Source of the DNA: Candidatus Cloacimonadota bacterium
Lineage (GTDB): Bacteria > Cloacimonadota > Cloacimonadia > G963667145
Length of the DNA stretch: 64,000 nucleotides
Assembly: GCA_963667255.1 (NCBI GenBank)
Contig: OY762940.1
Span: forward strand, 544,001 to 608,000
Direction of reading: 5' to 3'
The notes beneath the pieces are model-generated. The model was not told where the DNA came from. It did not search any database and saw only the letters and a program-made list of their open reading frames with translations. The position numbers and the translations under genes are program-made. Position 1 is the first letter of the stretch. Every line of letters begins with the position of its first letter. Below are positions 18,668-28,235 of the stretch, one piece after another.

Positions 18668-19607
18668 CAACCTCAAAAAATTTTAAATTTTCTTTTTTTT
18701 CTCCCAAGCCCATCAGCTTAACGGGAATATTGTATTTTCTTTGGATTCCGAAGACTACACCGCCTTTCGCACTGCCGTCAAGTTTGGTGATAGCCACTCC
18801 GCTGAGGGAACAAATTTTGTTGAACTCTTCCAGTTGAATCAGACTATTTTGACCCAAGCAACCATCCAAAACAACTATGGTTTCGTCAATTCCGTTTGGC
18901 AAGAGTTTTTTTGCTATTTTGCTGATTTTTTCCAGTTGTGCCATCAGGTTGGAATTGTTGTGCAATCTGCCGGCGGTATCTATGAGCAAAATGTCGTATT
19001 TTAGCTTTATCGCCTGCTCGACACCCCTATAAACCACAGCGGCAGGGTCTTCGTTCATTTTGGCATCAATGAAATGGCAGTTCGCAGTTTCGCTCCAAAT
19101 CTTCAATTGGTCGATAGCTCCGGCACGAAATGTATCCGCAGGCACGAGACAAACCGATTTTCCTTGTTGTCGCAAATTCCAAGCCAATTTGCCGATGGTG
19201 GATGTCTTGCCGACACCGTTCACGCCGACAAACATCAAGGTAGTCGGAGAGTTGGCGAAGTTAAATTTGCTCTGTTCTTTGTCGTAATCTTGGTGCAAAA
19301 TATCTGCGAGAATTTCCTTGAGAGCGTCTGAATCGATTTTGCTTCTGCTTTTTATCTCACTCAGTATCTGAGAGCAACTATCCAAGTCGATATCTGCTTG
19401 AATTAGTTTTTCTTCCACTTTGGACAAAATTTCTTGCGTGATGTCTGTGTTGAATATTGAAGAGAAAGAGTGGAAAAGTTTTGGTTTGAGGGATTTTTCC
19501 GTGACCAGTGAAGAGGCGGCTTTGTTCTTTTTCTTGAAACCCAAAAATAAAACAAAAAAAAGGCACAGCAATATAGCTGCACCTATTATCAGGTATGATA
19601 AATTCAT
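18642..19607 (-). CDS. ftsY: Signal recognition particle receptor FtsY
   Basis: GVNGVGKTSTIGKLA, DTFRAGA, DTAGR and TKLDGSAKGG; N-terminal transmembrane anchor. Confidence 0.97.
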   Translation of the reverse strand: MNLSYLIIGAAILLCLFFVLFLGFKKKNKAASSLVTEKSLKPKLFHSFSSIFNTDITQEILSKVEEKLIQADIDLDSCSQILSEIKSRSKIDSDALKEILADILHQDYDKEQSKFNFANSPTTLMFVGVNGVGKTSTIGKLAWNLRQQGKSVCLVPADTFRAGAIDQLKIWSETANCHFIDAKMNEDPAAVVYRGVEQAIKLKYDILLIDTAGRLHNNSNLMAQLEKISKIAKKLLPNGIDETIVVLDGCLGQNSLIQLEEFNKICSLSGVAITKLDGSAKGGVVFGIQRKYNIPVKLMGLGEKKENLKFFEVDEYVQNLV

Positions 19608-19614
19608 AAACTAA

Positions 19615-19878
19615 TTATTCAGCAAATTTCTTGTTGATAAATTCTTGCAATCTGCTTTTTCTACGAGCGGCAGTTCTTTTGTGAATAACACTAGTTTTGG
19701 CAGCCTTGTCCAATTTGGAAAAAACCTCTCTCAAAATAGCCAAGCATTGTTCTTTGTCAAGGTTACCTTTTGTAATCTTCTTGGACAAGGTGGAAATAGT
19801 CGCTTTCACGAAGTGGTTTCGAGCATTTCTTCTCTTGTCTTGTTTCAGTCTCTTTTCGCACGATTTATGTTCAGGCAT
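19615..19878 (-). CDS. rpsT: 30S ribosomal protein S20
   Basis: KS.EKR....RRNARN and LDKAAK..VIHKRTAARRKSRL. Confidence 0.96.
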   Translation of the reverse strand: MPEHKSCEKRLKQDKRRNARNHFVKATISTLSKKITKGNLDKEQCLAILREVFSKLDKAAKTSVIHKRTAARRKSRLQEFINKKFAE

Positions 19879-20033
19879 TTTTCACTCCTAAAAAGTTTAT
19901 AATTATTAGTGTTTAAAAAAAATAGGCATAAAAAGTGTCAAGAGAAAAACTCTTGATATTAAAAAAAGTGATTTTCAAGTTTCAATAAAACTATTTTAGT
20001 TGACAGAGAGAGTGTCTGCCAAAGAGTTTGAGT

Positions 20034-20357
20034 ATGAAAAGATTTGTAAAGACATATCATTTTGACGAAGATTTCTATTTGGATGAGCTGGATAGCCTGA
20101 CTGAGCATAATGTAAAGAGGGAATACGAGAAGACGGGCGAAGTGGAGGTTGGCGTTTCCAGCGCTTATCAGATGATGCTTGTCAGGAGAAAGCAAGAGGA
20201 AGATTCTAAGAAGATAGATGAGCTGGAGCATGCTGTAAAGTTCTTGAAGCGAAAACTGACTATCTCCTTGTTTGTTAATCTGCTCTGCTTTTTGTTTCTG
20301 TTCGTTGTCTTCATTTTGAGCGTTCAAAAGATTTTGACAGTGATTTCTGCGTTGTAA
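20034..20357 (+). CDS. Small hypothetical protein with a C-terminal membrane helix
   Basis: Fills the gap before apt; acidic N-terminus, coiled-coil-like middle, hydrophobic C-terminus. Confidence 0.65.
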   Translation: MKRFVKTYHFDEDFYLDELDSLTEHNVKREYEKTGEVEVGVSSAYQMMLVRRKQEEDSKKIDELEHAVKFLKRKLTISLFVNLLCFLFLFVVFILSVQKILTVISAL

Positions 20358-20385
20358 TTCAGTTTCCTTTCTAAGGAGAGACAAA

Positions 20386-20895
20386 ATGAGTTGGATTAAA
20401 GAGTTTATAGCGGATATTCCCGATTTCCCCGAAAAAGGTGTCATATTCAAGGATATTACGCCTCTTCTGAGTAGTGAGAATTTTGCTAAATCCGCCAAAG
20501 AGATGATAGAGAACAGTGGTGTGGATTGGGATGAGATAGAGGCTGTCGCCGGCATAGAGTCCAGAGGATTTGTGTTTGCCAGTGCGATGAGTGCCATCTT
20601 GGGCAAGGGTTTGGTGCTTATCCGCAAAAAGGGGAAATTGCCTCCGCCATTTTTGGCTAAACTCTCCACGAACGAATATGCGAGAGAGGTGTTGGAGGTG
20701 AAGCCGGGGAACAAGAAAATCTTGATTGTTGACGATGTGCTGGCTACGGGTGGCACTCTGCAAACGGCGTATGAGCTTTGCCAAGAAGCAGGTTACGAGG
20801 TCAAGGGTTTCAGTGTTCTCGTGGATTTGCCGTTTTTGCACGAAAGGGATTTTAGGGTAGCCGGAATGAAAGTGAAAAGTTTGGTGGTTTACTGA
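20386..20895 (+). CDS. apt: Adenine phosphoribosyltransferase
   Basis: PDFPEKGVIFKDITP, ESRGF, RKKGKLP, IVDDVLATGGT. Confidence 0.95.
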   Translation: MSWIKEFIADIPDFPEKGVIFKDITPLLSSENFAKSAKEMIENSGVDWDEIEAVAGIESRGFVFASAMSAILGKGLVLIRKKGKLPPPFLAKLSTNEYAREVLEVKPGNKKILIVDDVLATGGTLQTAYELCQEAGYEVKGFSVLVDLPFLHERDFRVAGMKVKSLVVY

Positions 20896-22424
20896 TGAAT
20901 ATGATAAAAATCAAAAGAGCCCTTTTGTCTGTTACGGATAAAGAGGGCTTGTCTTTATTAGCCAAGGAGTTGTGCAAAGCGGGTGTAGAGCTAATCGCCA
21001 GTGACGGCACGGGGAGATTTTTGCAAAGCGAGGGGATTCCGTTCACGCCTCTCTCCGAAGTGACTGGATACAATCAGGCTTTTGACGGCAGATGCAAGAG
21101 TTTGTCTGTGCAGATTATGGGCAGTCTGCTGTTTGACCGAGAGAAGCATAGTGAGGAAGCCGAAGAGCTGGGGGTTGTCCCTATCGATTTGGTTGTGTGT
21201 AACTTATACGATTTTTACTCTGTGTGGCGAGGTGAAGCGGATGTGGAGAAATTGGTGGAGCAAATCGACATCGGAGGAGTCGCTCTCCTGCGGGCATCGG
21301 CGAAAAATCACAGATTTGTGGTGTCGCTGAGCACCGTTGCCGATTACGGCACTTTTGTGCGTGAACTCGAAGAAAATCAAGGACATATCAGCGTGGAGAC
21401 CTCCAAGCGATTGGCGATAAAATCTTTTGTGAAATGCAGTGAATACGACAGAATGATTGCTTTGGGATTGAGCGGAAGCACGCTTCGTTACGGGGAAAAT
21501 CCGCATCAAAGTGCGTGGAACTATCCTGTGGAAGATTTTGCTTTTGCGGGACTTCGGCAGTTACAGGGCAAGAGTTTGTCTTACAACAACTTCTTGGATA
21601 TCAAAGCTGGCTTGGACTGTGCAAGAGAGCAATCGTTGCCTGCTTGTGTTATCATCAAACATGGTAATCCGTGTGGTGTCGCCATCGGAGAGAGCGGAGA
21701 AAACTTGTTGTCTTTGGCTTGGGCTGGAGATTCCGTGTCGGCGTTTGGCTCTGTCGTTGTGTTCTCTTATGCGGTAACTCGGCAAGATTTGTCGTTTATG
21801 TGTTTGGAAGAGAAAGCGAAAACCAAATTTGTGGAGGCTGTGATAGCACCCGAATTTAGCTCGGACGCTCTGGAGTATCTCGGGCAGAAGAAGAAATTGG
21901 CTGTGTGTAGCTATGATAGAGGGGCGAAATTCGCCGATGTTTCGTTTAAGCAACTCGACTCTATGCTGATTGCTCAAGAGGTGGATGTCGCAGGGCAAGA
22001 AGATTTGCAGGTCATCGTCGGAGATGAGAGCGGATTGGACAAGGAGTTGGCTCTTTTTGGGACAAGGGTCGTTAAGGCGTTGCTCTCCAATGCTGTTACG
22101 ATAGTCTATCGAGATGGCGAAGATTGTCTTCGGCAAATTTCCATGGGTTGCGGTCAGCCGAACAGATTGGATGCGATTTATTTGGCTGTGCAAAAGCTGA
22201 AGCGGGCGATAGAAGCCGGCAATTTTACAGGGAAGCCGAGCGATTGCTATTTGGTTTCCGATGCGTTTTTGCCCTTTGCGGACAATGTGGAAGCGATAGC
22301 GGGAATCGGGATAAAGACGATTGTGCAGCCCGGCGGCTCGATTCGCGACCATCAGGTCATAGAGGCGTGCGAAAAACTAAGCGTGCGAATGGTTTTCACG
22401 GGTGTCAGGCATTTCAGACATTGA
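20895..22424 (+). CDS. purH: Bifunctional AICAR transformylase/IMP cyclohydrolase
   Basis: RALLSV.DK, IDIGG, LRYGENPHQ, LSYNN, KHGNPCG, SDAF.PF, QPGGSIRD, TGVRHFRH. Confidence 0.95.
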   Translation: MNMIKIKRALLSVTDKEGLSLLAKELCKAGVELIASDGTGRFLQSEGIPFTPLSEVTGYNQAFDGRCKSLSVQIMGSLLFDREKHSEEAEELGVVPIDLVVCNLYDFYSVWRGEADVEKLVEQIDIGGVALLRASAKNHRFVVSLSTVADYGTFVRELEENQGHISVETSKRLAIKSFVKCSEYDRMIALGLSGSTLRYGENPHQSAWNYPVEDFAFAGLRQLQGKSLSYNNFLDIKAGLDCAREQSLPACVIIKHGNPCGVAIGESGENLLSLAWAGDSVSAFGSVVVFSYAVTRQDLSFMCLEEKAKTKFVEAVIAPEFSSDALEYLGQKKKLAVCSYDRGAKFADVSFKQLDSMLIAQEVDVAGQEDLQVIVGDESGLDKELALFGTRVVKALLSNAVTIVYRDGEDCLRQISMGCGQPNRLDAIYLAVQKLKRAIEAGNFTGKPSDCYLVSDAFLPFADNVEAIAGIGIKTIVQPGGSIRDHQVIEACEKLSVRMVFTGVRHFRH

Positions 22425-23070
22425 CCAAGAGGACGGCGACAAAGGCGATGGCGTTGTTCAGTGCGTGGTAGGTGCAACTGTAGGCGAACCCCAGCTTTAT
22501 CCTCACGAAACTGAGCACAATGCCCAAGAATAAGAACGGGAAGATTGCCAAAGCGAAATTCAGCGGGCTGGCGATATCTCCATAGTTCATATGCAATAAG
22601 GCGAAGCAAAGGCTGAAGATGACGGCTATCTTCGTTGGCTTTTCCCAAAAATTTTCCAAAGACTTCAAGTAGAAGAGGTTTCTCCCCAAGTGCATCAAAA
22701 TGAGCCAGATGCAAACTATCCAAAATGTTTTTAGCCAGAGAAATAAGGTGTTTTCCGCTTGAAGTCGGAAGAGAAATTCGCTACTGACGAAAGCCACAAA
22801 GCAAAAAATGCTTAACGGCAGATATTGCAGTTTGTTGAGGCTGAGACGGAAAATGGCTTCCTCCACGATAGGTGCTGTGATGCAGAAGTAGAAGAACAGG
22901 GAGAAAATCAGAAAGCTACTTCCTGAGTCTTTTGCGGTCATGATTAGCTCACAGAGGGCTTTTTGGTTTGGTAGGCAGTTGCTCGGATAGTGATGCAAAA
23001 GCAGTTGCAAGGCTGTTTGGGTAAACAGGAAGGTTGCCATAAACAGCAGAATTCTTCTTGGAAATTTCAT
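22414..23070 (-). CDS. CPBP (CAAX/Abi) family intramembrane metalloprotease
   Basis: EExxxR (EEAIFR), FxxxH (FALLH) and HxxxN (HALNN) motifs; multiple transmembrane segments. Start uncertain. Confidence 0.88.
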   Translation of the reverse strand: MKFPRRILLFMATFLFTQTALQLLLHHYPSNCLPNQKALCELIMTAKDSGSSFLIFSLFFYFCITAPIVEEAIFRLSLNKLQYLPLSIFCFVAFVSSEFLFRLQAENTLFLWLKTFWIVCIWLILMHLGRNLFYLKSLENFWEKPTKIAVIFSLCFALLHMNYGDIASPLNFALAIFPFLFLGIVLSFVRIKLGFAYSCTYHALNNAIAFVAVLLVNV

Positions 23071-23187
23071 GATGGTTTTTATTAGGCGATAGGAGATTTG
23101 GTCAAGCACAAAATAACTGATAAGTGACAAGGGATTGATAAAATAGACGATTGCGAAACGCATTCGTCTATTTTTTTTGTTCTCCCA

Positions 23188-23319
23188 TCATTCCCACACT
23201 TCCCTGCCTCATTCCCACACCACCCTCATTCCCGCGTAGGCGGGAATCCAGAAGGGGAGTGGATTGGAACATCAGCAGTTGCTTCTTCCCTTATGCATTC
23301 CCAAGCTGGAGCTTGGGAA
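23188..23319. repeat. Cluster of REP-like palindromes and short direct repeats
   Basis: TCATTCCCACAC twice (23188, 23209); ATTCCCGC-GTAG-GCGGGAAT (23228-23247); TTCCCAAGCT-GG-AGCTTGGGAA (23298-23319). Confidence 0.8.
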
Positions 23320-23323
23320 CGAG

Positions 23324-23579
23324 AACAAAAGATTTTAGAAAATACTATAGAAACACCACGGATTTTTTAGTGAGAAAACATCTTATGAAAGCAAATTATA
23401 TTGTAAATAATGAATTTGTTTTACCAAGTGAAAATATCTTGCAAAATGAAATATTTGATAATCAAATTGCAAAGTATGTTGAGAAGGATGATGTTGTTGC
23501 GGTATTGAGTTCTATTCCACTTTTCTTGTTGGAATATCTTGGAGTCGAAAGTTTGGTAAAACAAATTTCAGAAAGTTAA
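23324..23579 (+). pseudogene. AT-rich 3' gene remnant (or small ORF) of unknown family
   Basis: Protein-like open frame that begins abruptly after the palindromes and ends TAA at 23579; more AT-rich than the flanking genes. Confidence 0.35.
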
Positions 23580-23677
23580 ATTTTCCTACTTCAAAATTTC
23601 CTTGACACGCTTAGCTCATTACAAATCTAAACAATAAGCACAATCGTGTTACATCACACTTAAGGATTTGGACAGTA

Positions 23678-26266
23678 GTGAAAAAATTAACAAGCAGTCA
23701 ATTGCGAAAAAGTTTCATAGATTTTTTTATCAGTAAAGGACACAAATTCGTTCCTTCCTCTTCTGTAGTTCCACAGGATGACCCTACTTTGCTCTTCGCC
23801 AATGCAGGTATGAACCAGTTCAAGAACATATTTTTGGGGCTGGAGCAGCCCGAGTATCCCCGAGTGGCGAACTCACAAAAATGCATCAGAGCGGGTGGCA
23901 AGCACAACGATTTGGAAGATGTGGGCAAAGATGGCTATCATCACACTTTCTTCGAGATGTTGGGCAACTGGTCGTTTGCTGACTACTACAAAAAAGAGGC
24001 TATCCAGTGGGCTTGGGAGTTTCTGACGGAAGTGTTGGAGTTGCCCAAAGACAAGCTGTATGCCACTGTCCACACGAGCGACCAAGAGGCTTTCGATTTG
24101 TGGGCGAGCTGCACGGACATCAATCCGAAGCACATCGAATTTCACGGAGATAAGGACAACTTCTGGGAAATGGGGGCGACTGGTCCCTGCGGTCCCTGCT
24201 CGGAGATTCATATCGATTTGGGCGAAGACGAGTGCAATCTGCAAACTACCGCTGGGCATACTTGCCGAGTGAATGGCGATTGTCATCGTTTCGTGGAGCT
24301 GTGGAATTTGGTTTTTATCCAATATCAGCGGATTGAGGACGGCTCGCTTGTGGATTTGCAGAACAAATATGTCGATACCGGAGCAGGCTTGGAGCGGATT
24401 GCCAGAGTTATTCAGGGTGTGCCGAGCAATTATGACACGGATATTTTTACGCCGATTATCGCCAAGGTTCGCGGGATTTCTGCGGTTGAAGATGAGGTCG
24501 CTTTTCGCGTAATCGCCGACCACATCAGAGCGTTGACTTTTGCTCTGGCTGATGGCGGTATCCCGTCTAACGAGGGCAGAGGCTATGTTTTGCGGAGGAT
24601 TTTGCGGAGAGCTTGTCGTTTTGGTCGGGTCATCGGTCTCACAGAGCCTTTCCTGTTTGGTTTGGTCGATGTTGTGGTGGATGCAATGGGCGAGCATTAC
24701 ACGGAGATTGGCGAGAAGTGCGATTACATCAAGATGATAATAACGGCGGAGGAAGAGCGGTTCAACAAGACTCTGGACAAGGGTTTGATTAAGTTTGAGG
24801 AGATTGTCGCTTCGGGCAAGGACATCTGCGGTGCAGATGCGTTTTTGCTTTACGACACCTTCGGTTTTCCTCTAGACCTCACTGCTCTGATGGCGGAGGA
24901 GAAAGGGCTGAGAGTTGATTTGGTTGGCTTTGAGAAGTGTATGGACGAGCAAAAACAGAGGGCGAGAGATGCGGCGAAGTTCGACCAAGGCTCTTCCGAG
25001 TTACAGGGCGATATTTCGGCTGTTGCTCCGAGTGAGTTTGTCGGCTACGATGAGTTGGCGACCACATCCACAGTTGTTTTTGCAGAGGAGGAAGAGAGTA
25101 GCCAGTGGGTCGTTGCTCTGGACAAAACGCCTTTTTATGCGACTTCCGGCGGACAAATTTGTGATATTGGCGAGGTAGTCGGTGCAGATTGGTCGTTGAC
25201 TGTGCGAGATGTTTTCAAGGTTGGCAAGGTCATTTTCCATCGTGGCGAGTTGCAGGGGAAATCTGCGAATGTCGGCGATGTGGCAGAGGCTACTATTGAC
25301 AAGGGCAGACGGGAAATCATCAGCACGCATCATACGGCTACGCACATTTTGCAGTCAATTCTCAAGAAAAATTTGGGCGAGTTTGTTCGTCAGAAAGGTT
25401 CGCAAGTAACGGAAGACGGCTTGCGGTTTGACTTTGTGTGTATGGACAAGATTCCTGCCGAGCAGTTGCAAAAGATAGAGAACGAGATAAACGAAGTTTC
25501 GCGGGCTTGTTTGCCTGTGAACACAAGACAGATGGAGCTGGACGAGGCGAAGAGCGAGGGTGCTTTGGCGTTTTTCGATGAGAATTACGGCGAAAAAGTC
25601 AGAGTTGTGAATGTCGGCGATGTGTCTATGGAGCTTTGCGGTGGCACACATTTGAGCAATAGCGGGCAAATCGGCTTGTTCAAGATAGTTTCCGAGGGCT
25701 CAGTGGCAGCGGGCATCAGGCGGATTTCGGCGGTTTGTGCCCAAAAGGCTTTGGACTATTGCCTCGGCAAAGAAAATCTGCTGAACGAGTTGTCGGGGAA
25801 GTTGGGCTCTTCGCTCGATAAATTGCCCGAGAAAGCCGAAAGTTTGGTGCAAGAGCGGAAGAGCTTGTTGAGAGAGGTCGAGAGTCTGAACGACAGATTG
25901 GTCTCTTCCCGATTGACAGATTTTCTGTCAGACAAGCAAGTTATAGGCAACATCAGCGTTGCGGCTGGGTATCTGTCCGAGAACTCCGATTTGAAGAAGA
26001 GCGTGCCGATTTTGCTTGATAAGTTGGGAGAAGGTTTGGTGGTGTTGGTCTCGCCCAAAGACGAGAAACTCTCCATCGGTGTGGGTGTCTCAAAAGGGGT
26101 TGTGCCGAGAGTGAAAGCTGGCGATGTCATCAGAGAGATTGCTTCCGTTTTCGGTGGCAAAGGTGGTGGCAGACCGGAGTTGGCTTTTGGTGCAGGGAAT
26201 CTTCTCAAGAGTGGAGAGCCGGAAATCTTGAACTTGATTAAGAAGAGATTAACAGAGATATTATAA
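23678..26266 (+). CDS. alaS: Alanine--tRNA ligase
   Basis: DPTLLFANAGMNQFK, HHTFFEMLGNWSF, GPCGPCSEI, editing motifs HTATH and ELCGGTH, GGKGGG. Confidence 0.98.
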   Translation: MKKLTSSQLRKSFIDFFISKGHKFVPSSSVVPQDDPTLLFANAGMNQFKNIFLGLEQPEYPRVANSQKCIRAGGKHNDLEDVGKDGYHHTFFEMLGNWSFADYYKKEAIQWAWEFLTEVLELPKDKLYATVHTSDQEAFDLWASCTDINPKHIEFHGDKDNFWEMGATGPCGPCSEIHIDLGEDECNLQTTAGHTCRVNGDCHRFVELWNLVFIQYQRIEDGSLVDLQNKYVDTGAGLERIARVIQGVPSNYDTDIFTPIIAKVRGISAVEDEVAFRVIADHIRALTFALADGGIPSNEGRGYVLRRILRRACRFGRVIGLTEPFLFGLVDVVVDAMGEHYTEIGEKCDYIKMIITAEEERFNKTLDKGLIKFEEIVASGKDICGADAFLLYDTFGFPLDLTALMAEEKGLRVDLVGFEKCMDEQKQRARDAAKFDQGSSELQGDISAVAPSEFVGYDELATTSTVVFAEEEESSQWVVALDKTPFYATSGGQICDIGEVVGADWSLTVRDVFKVGKVIFHRGELQGKSANVGDVAEATIDKGRREIISTHHTATHILQSILKKNLGEFVRQKGSQVTEDGLRFDFVCMDKIPAEQLQKIENEINEVSRACLPVNTRQMELDEAKSEGALAFFDENYGEKVRVVNVGDVSMELCGGTHLSNSGQIGLFKIVSEGSVAAGIRRISAVCAQKALDYCLGKENLLNELSGKLGSSLDKLPEKAESLVQERKSLLREVESLNDRLVSSRLTDFLSDKQVIGNISVAAGYLSENSDLKKSVPILLDKLGEGLVVLVSPKDEKLSIGVGVSKGVVPRVKAGDVIREIASVFGGKGGGRPELAFGAGNLLKSGEPEILNLIKKRLTEIL

Positions 26267-26281
26267 ATTTGGCAAAATATT

Positions 26282-27502
26282 ATGAGAAACAGTAGCAGAG
26301 ACAATTGGTGGCAAACGGCTTTCTTTTATCAGCCGAGAGCAAATCTGAAATTTAGGCAGCTGGCTCAACAGGTGGTCAGATACAAGCAGATGGGCGTTGA
26401 TGCTGTCTATTTGGATGAGGTTTTGGATGCCGATTATCCCTATGGTGCTGTGAACAATTTTTACAAATTTAGTGCTGACAAGGGCGAAAAGGAAGATTTT
26501 CTCTCTATGTTGGATGCTTTTCATCGGGAAGAGATTGCGGTTGTCGTCAGGATGCGGGTAGATTGCACGACTCTTGAGAATAACCTTTTCAAACTCGAAG
26601 AGACACGGAATGAGTGTTACCCTATTTCCGAGGAGGTCGGTCCGTGGAAAGACGAAAATGGCAAATCTCTGTGGCATGGATATGGGGGCAAATTTTATTT
26701 GAGTCACCACGGCGAGGGTTATCCGCTGTTGGATTGGCACAGTCCTGTTTTGCGAGCCAAGATGGGCAAAGCTGTGCGGTATTTGCTAAACTTGGGGATT
26801 GACGGCATCGTTTTTGCGGGGATTGACAGCTGTATGTATGATTCGCAGGGCAACGACGACTATCGGACTCTTACCGATTTGAACCTCAAAGTTGTTCGCT
26901 TTTTACGAGATTTGGTCGCTGAACGCGGAAATTGTTGCTCTCTCGGAGAGTTGGACTCTTCGGCAACGGCTGACAAATATGAGAAATATTCGTTCAAATC
27001 TTTCAACTTGCTGTTTCGCCAGTTGGAGCGAAGTGATAGTTTGGAAGTTTTGGACAATCTTTTGGATAGTGGGAAGAGGAAATTTCTCTACTTTGCCACT
27101 GAAGACAGTCGATTTTCGGAGAGTTTGGAGAAATGTTTTTTGGCTTACGCACTTTGCAGTTCGGACAATTTTCTATTGCAAGATAATTTATCGGAAAATA
27201 AATTGCAAATGTATAAGGATGACAAATTCTTTGCGTTTATCCTTGCACTGCGGAAGAACGCTGTTTTGGGGATTGACAAGCTGGAGTGTGCCGACAAATT
27301 TCGTGGATTTTTGCTCAAAGGTGCCGAGAGAGCGATTGTTGTGGGTATAAATTTTGGCGAGAAAGAGTTTGTGTGGAAGGACATTGCCACAGACGATTTG
27401 GTGTTGCAATCGCTTGACTTCTTAGGATTTGCGGACAGCAAGATTGAGGGCAAAAATGTAGTAGTCGCACCGATGAGTTTGATAATCGGAGAGATTAGTT
27501 AG
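26282..27502 (+). CDS. GH13 alpha-amylase-like protein, probably catalytically degenerate
   Basis: WWQTAFFYQ, MGVDAVYL, G..EDF..MLDAFH, P.LDW.SP and GIDG follow the GH13 scaffold, but catalytic motifs are altered. Confidence 0.7.
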   Translation: MRNSSRDNWWQTAFFYQPRANLKFRQLAQQVVRYKQMGVDAVYLDEVLDADYPYGAVNNFYKFSADKGEKEDFLSMLDAFHREEIAVVVRMRVDCTTLENNLFKLEETRNECYPISEEVGPWKDENGKSLWHGYGGKFYLSHHGEGYPLLDWHSPVLRAKMGKAVRYLLNLGIDGIVFAGIDSCMYDSQGNDDYRTLTDLNLKVVRFLRDLVAERGNCCSLGELDSSATADKYEKYSFKSFNLLFRQLERSDSLEVLDNLLDSGKRKFLYFATEDSRFSESLEKCFLAYALCSSDNFLLQDNLSENKLQMYKDDKFFAFILALRKNAVLGIDKLECADKFRGFLLKGAERAIVVGINFGEKEFVWKDIATDDLVLQSLDFLGFADSKIEGKNVVVAPMSLIIGEIS

Positions 27503-28222
27503 ATGATAAACAAGAGTTTTGTTACGAATTTTTTGAGCGGGTGTTTGGTTTTAGTTGGCTTGTTTGTGCCGTTTGCGGAGGAGTACCAATTGTGCAAAGA
27601 GGTAATTTTCACGGTTGGTCTTTTTGCTTTTTCGGGGGGCATCACCAACTGGATTGCTGTCTATATGCTTTTTGAGAAAGTGCCCGGATTGTATGGCTCG
27701 GGTGTTATTCCGTCGCGATTTCAGGAGTTCAAAGAGGGCATCAAAAATTTGATGATGAACCAGTTTTTTACCAAAGAGAATGTGGACAAATTTTTGAACG
27801 GCTCCGGCATTGAGCGGATAGATTTGATGCCGATAATCGAGGATACCGATTTTAACCCGATGTTTGATGCTCTGGTCAAATCCATTTTGGAGTCGTCGTT
27901 CGGGGGAATGATAGCCATGGTTGGCGGTTCTGCCGTGTTGGAGACTTTGCGTGAGCCTGTCGTGGTCAGACTAAAAGATGCCACTGTGAATATGGTCTCT
28001 TCGGAGGAGTTTCATCGGAGGATTGCCGAAAAATTGGTGAAAAAAGATGATGACATTTTGGAGAAAATTTCTACGATAGTGCAAAAGAGGCTCGATGAAC
28101 TTACGCCAGATTTGGTAAAAAAAATAATTCAGGATATGATAAGAAAACATTTGGGATGGCTTGTAGTGTGGGGTGGAGTTTTTGGCGGTTTGATAGGCTT
28201 TACCACGGTTTTTTTGAGATAA
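27503..28222 (+). CDS. DUF445-family membrane protein
   Basis: GGITNWIAVYMLFEKVPGLYGSGVIP and C-terminal HLGWLVVWGGVFGGLIG. Confidence 0.85.
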   Translation: MINKSFVTNFLSGCLVLVGLFVPFAEEYQLCKEVIFTVGLFAFSGGITNWIAVYMLFEKVPGLYGSGVIPSRFQEFKEGIKNLMMNQFFTKENVDKFLNGSGIERIDLMPIIEDTDFNPMFDALVKSILESSFGGMIAMVGGSAVLETLREPVVVRLKDATVNMVSSEEFHRRIAEKLVKKDDDILEKISTIVQKRLDELTPDLVKKIIQDMIRKHLGWLVVWGGVFGGLIGFTTVFLR

Positions 28223-28235
28223 AAAGGGGAAAGAG

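Noticed and set aside
19938..19956. TCAAGAG-N5-CTCTTGA inverted repeat between rpsT and the divergent gene
   Set aside because: Short and explainable as back-to-back -35-like elements; no independent support for an operator.
23151..23579. 142-aa ORF as one real gene
   Set aside because: The 5' half is read-through of the palindromes (SFPRRRES, AFPSWSLGT); only the AT-rich 3' part looks protein-like.
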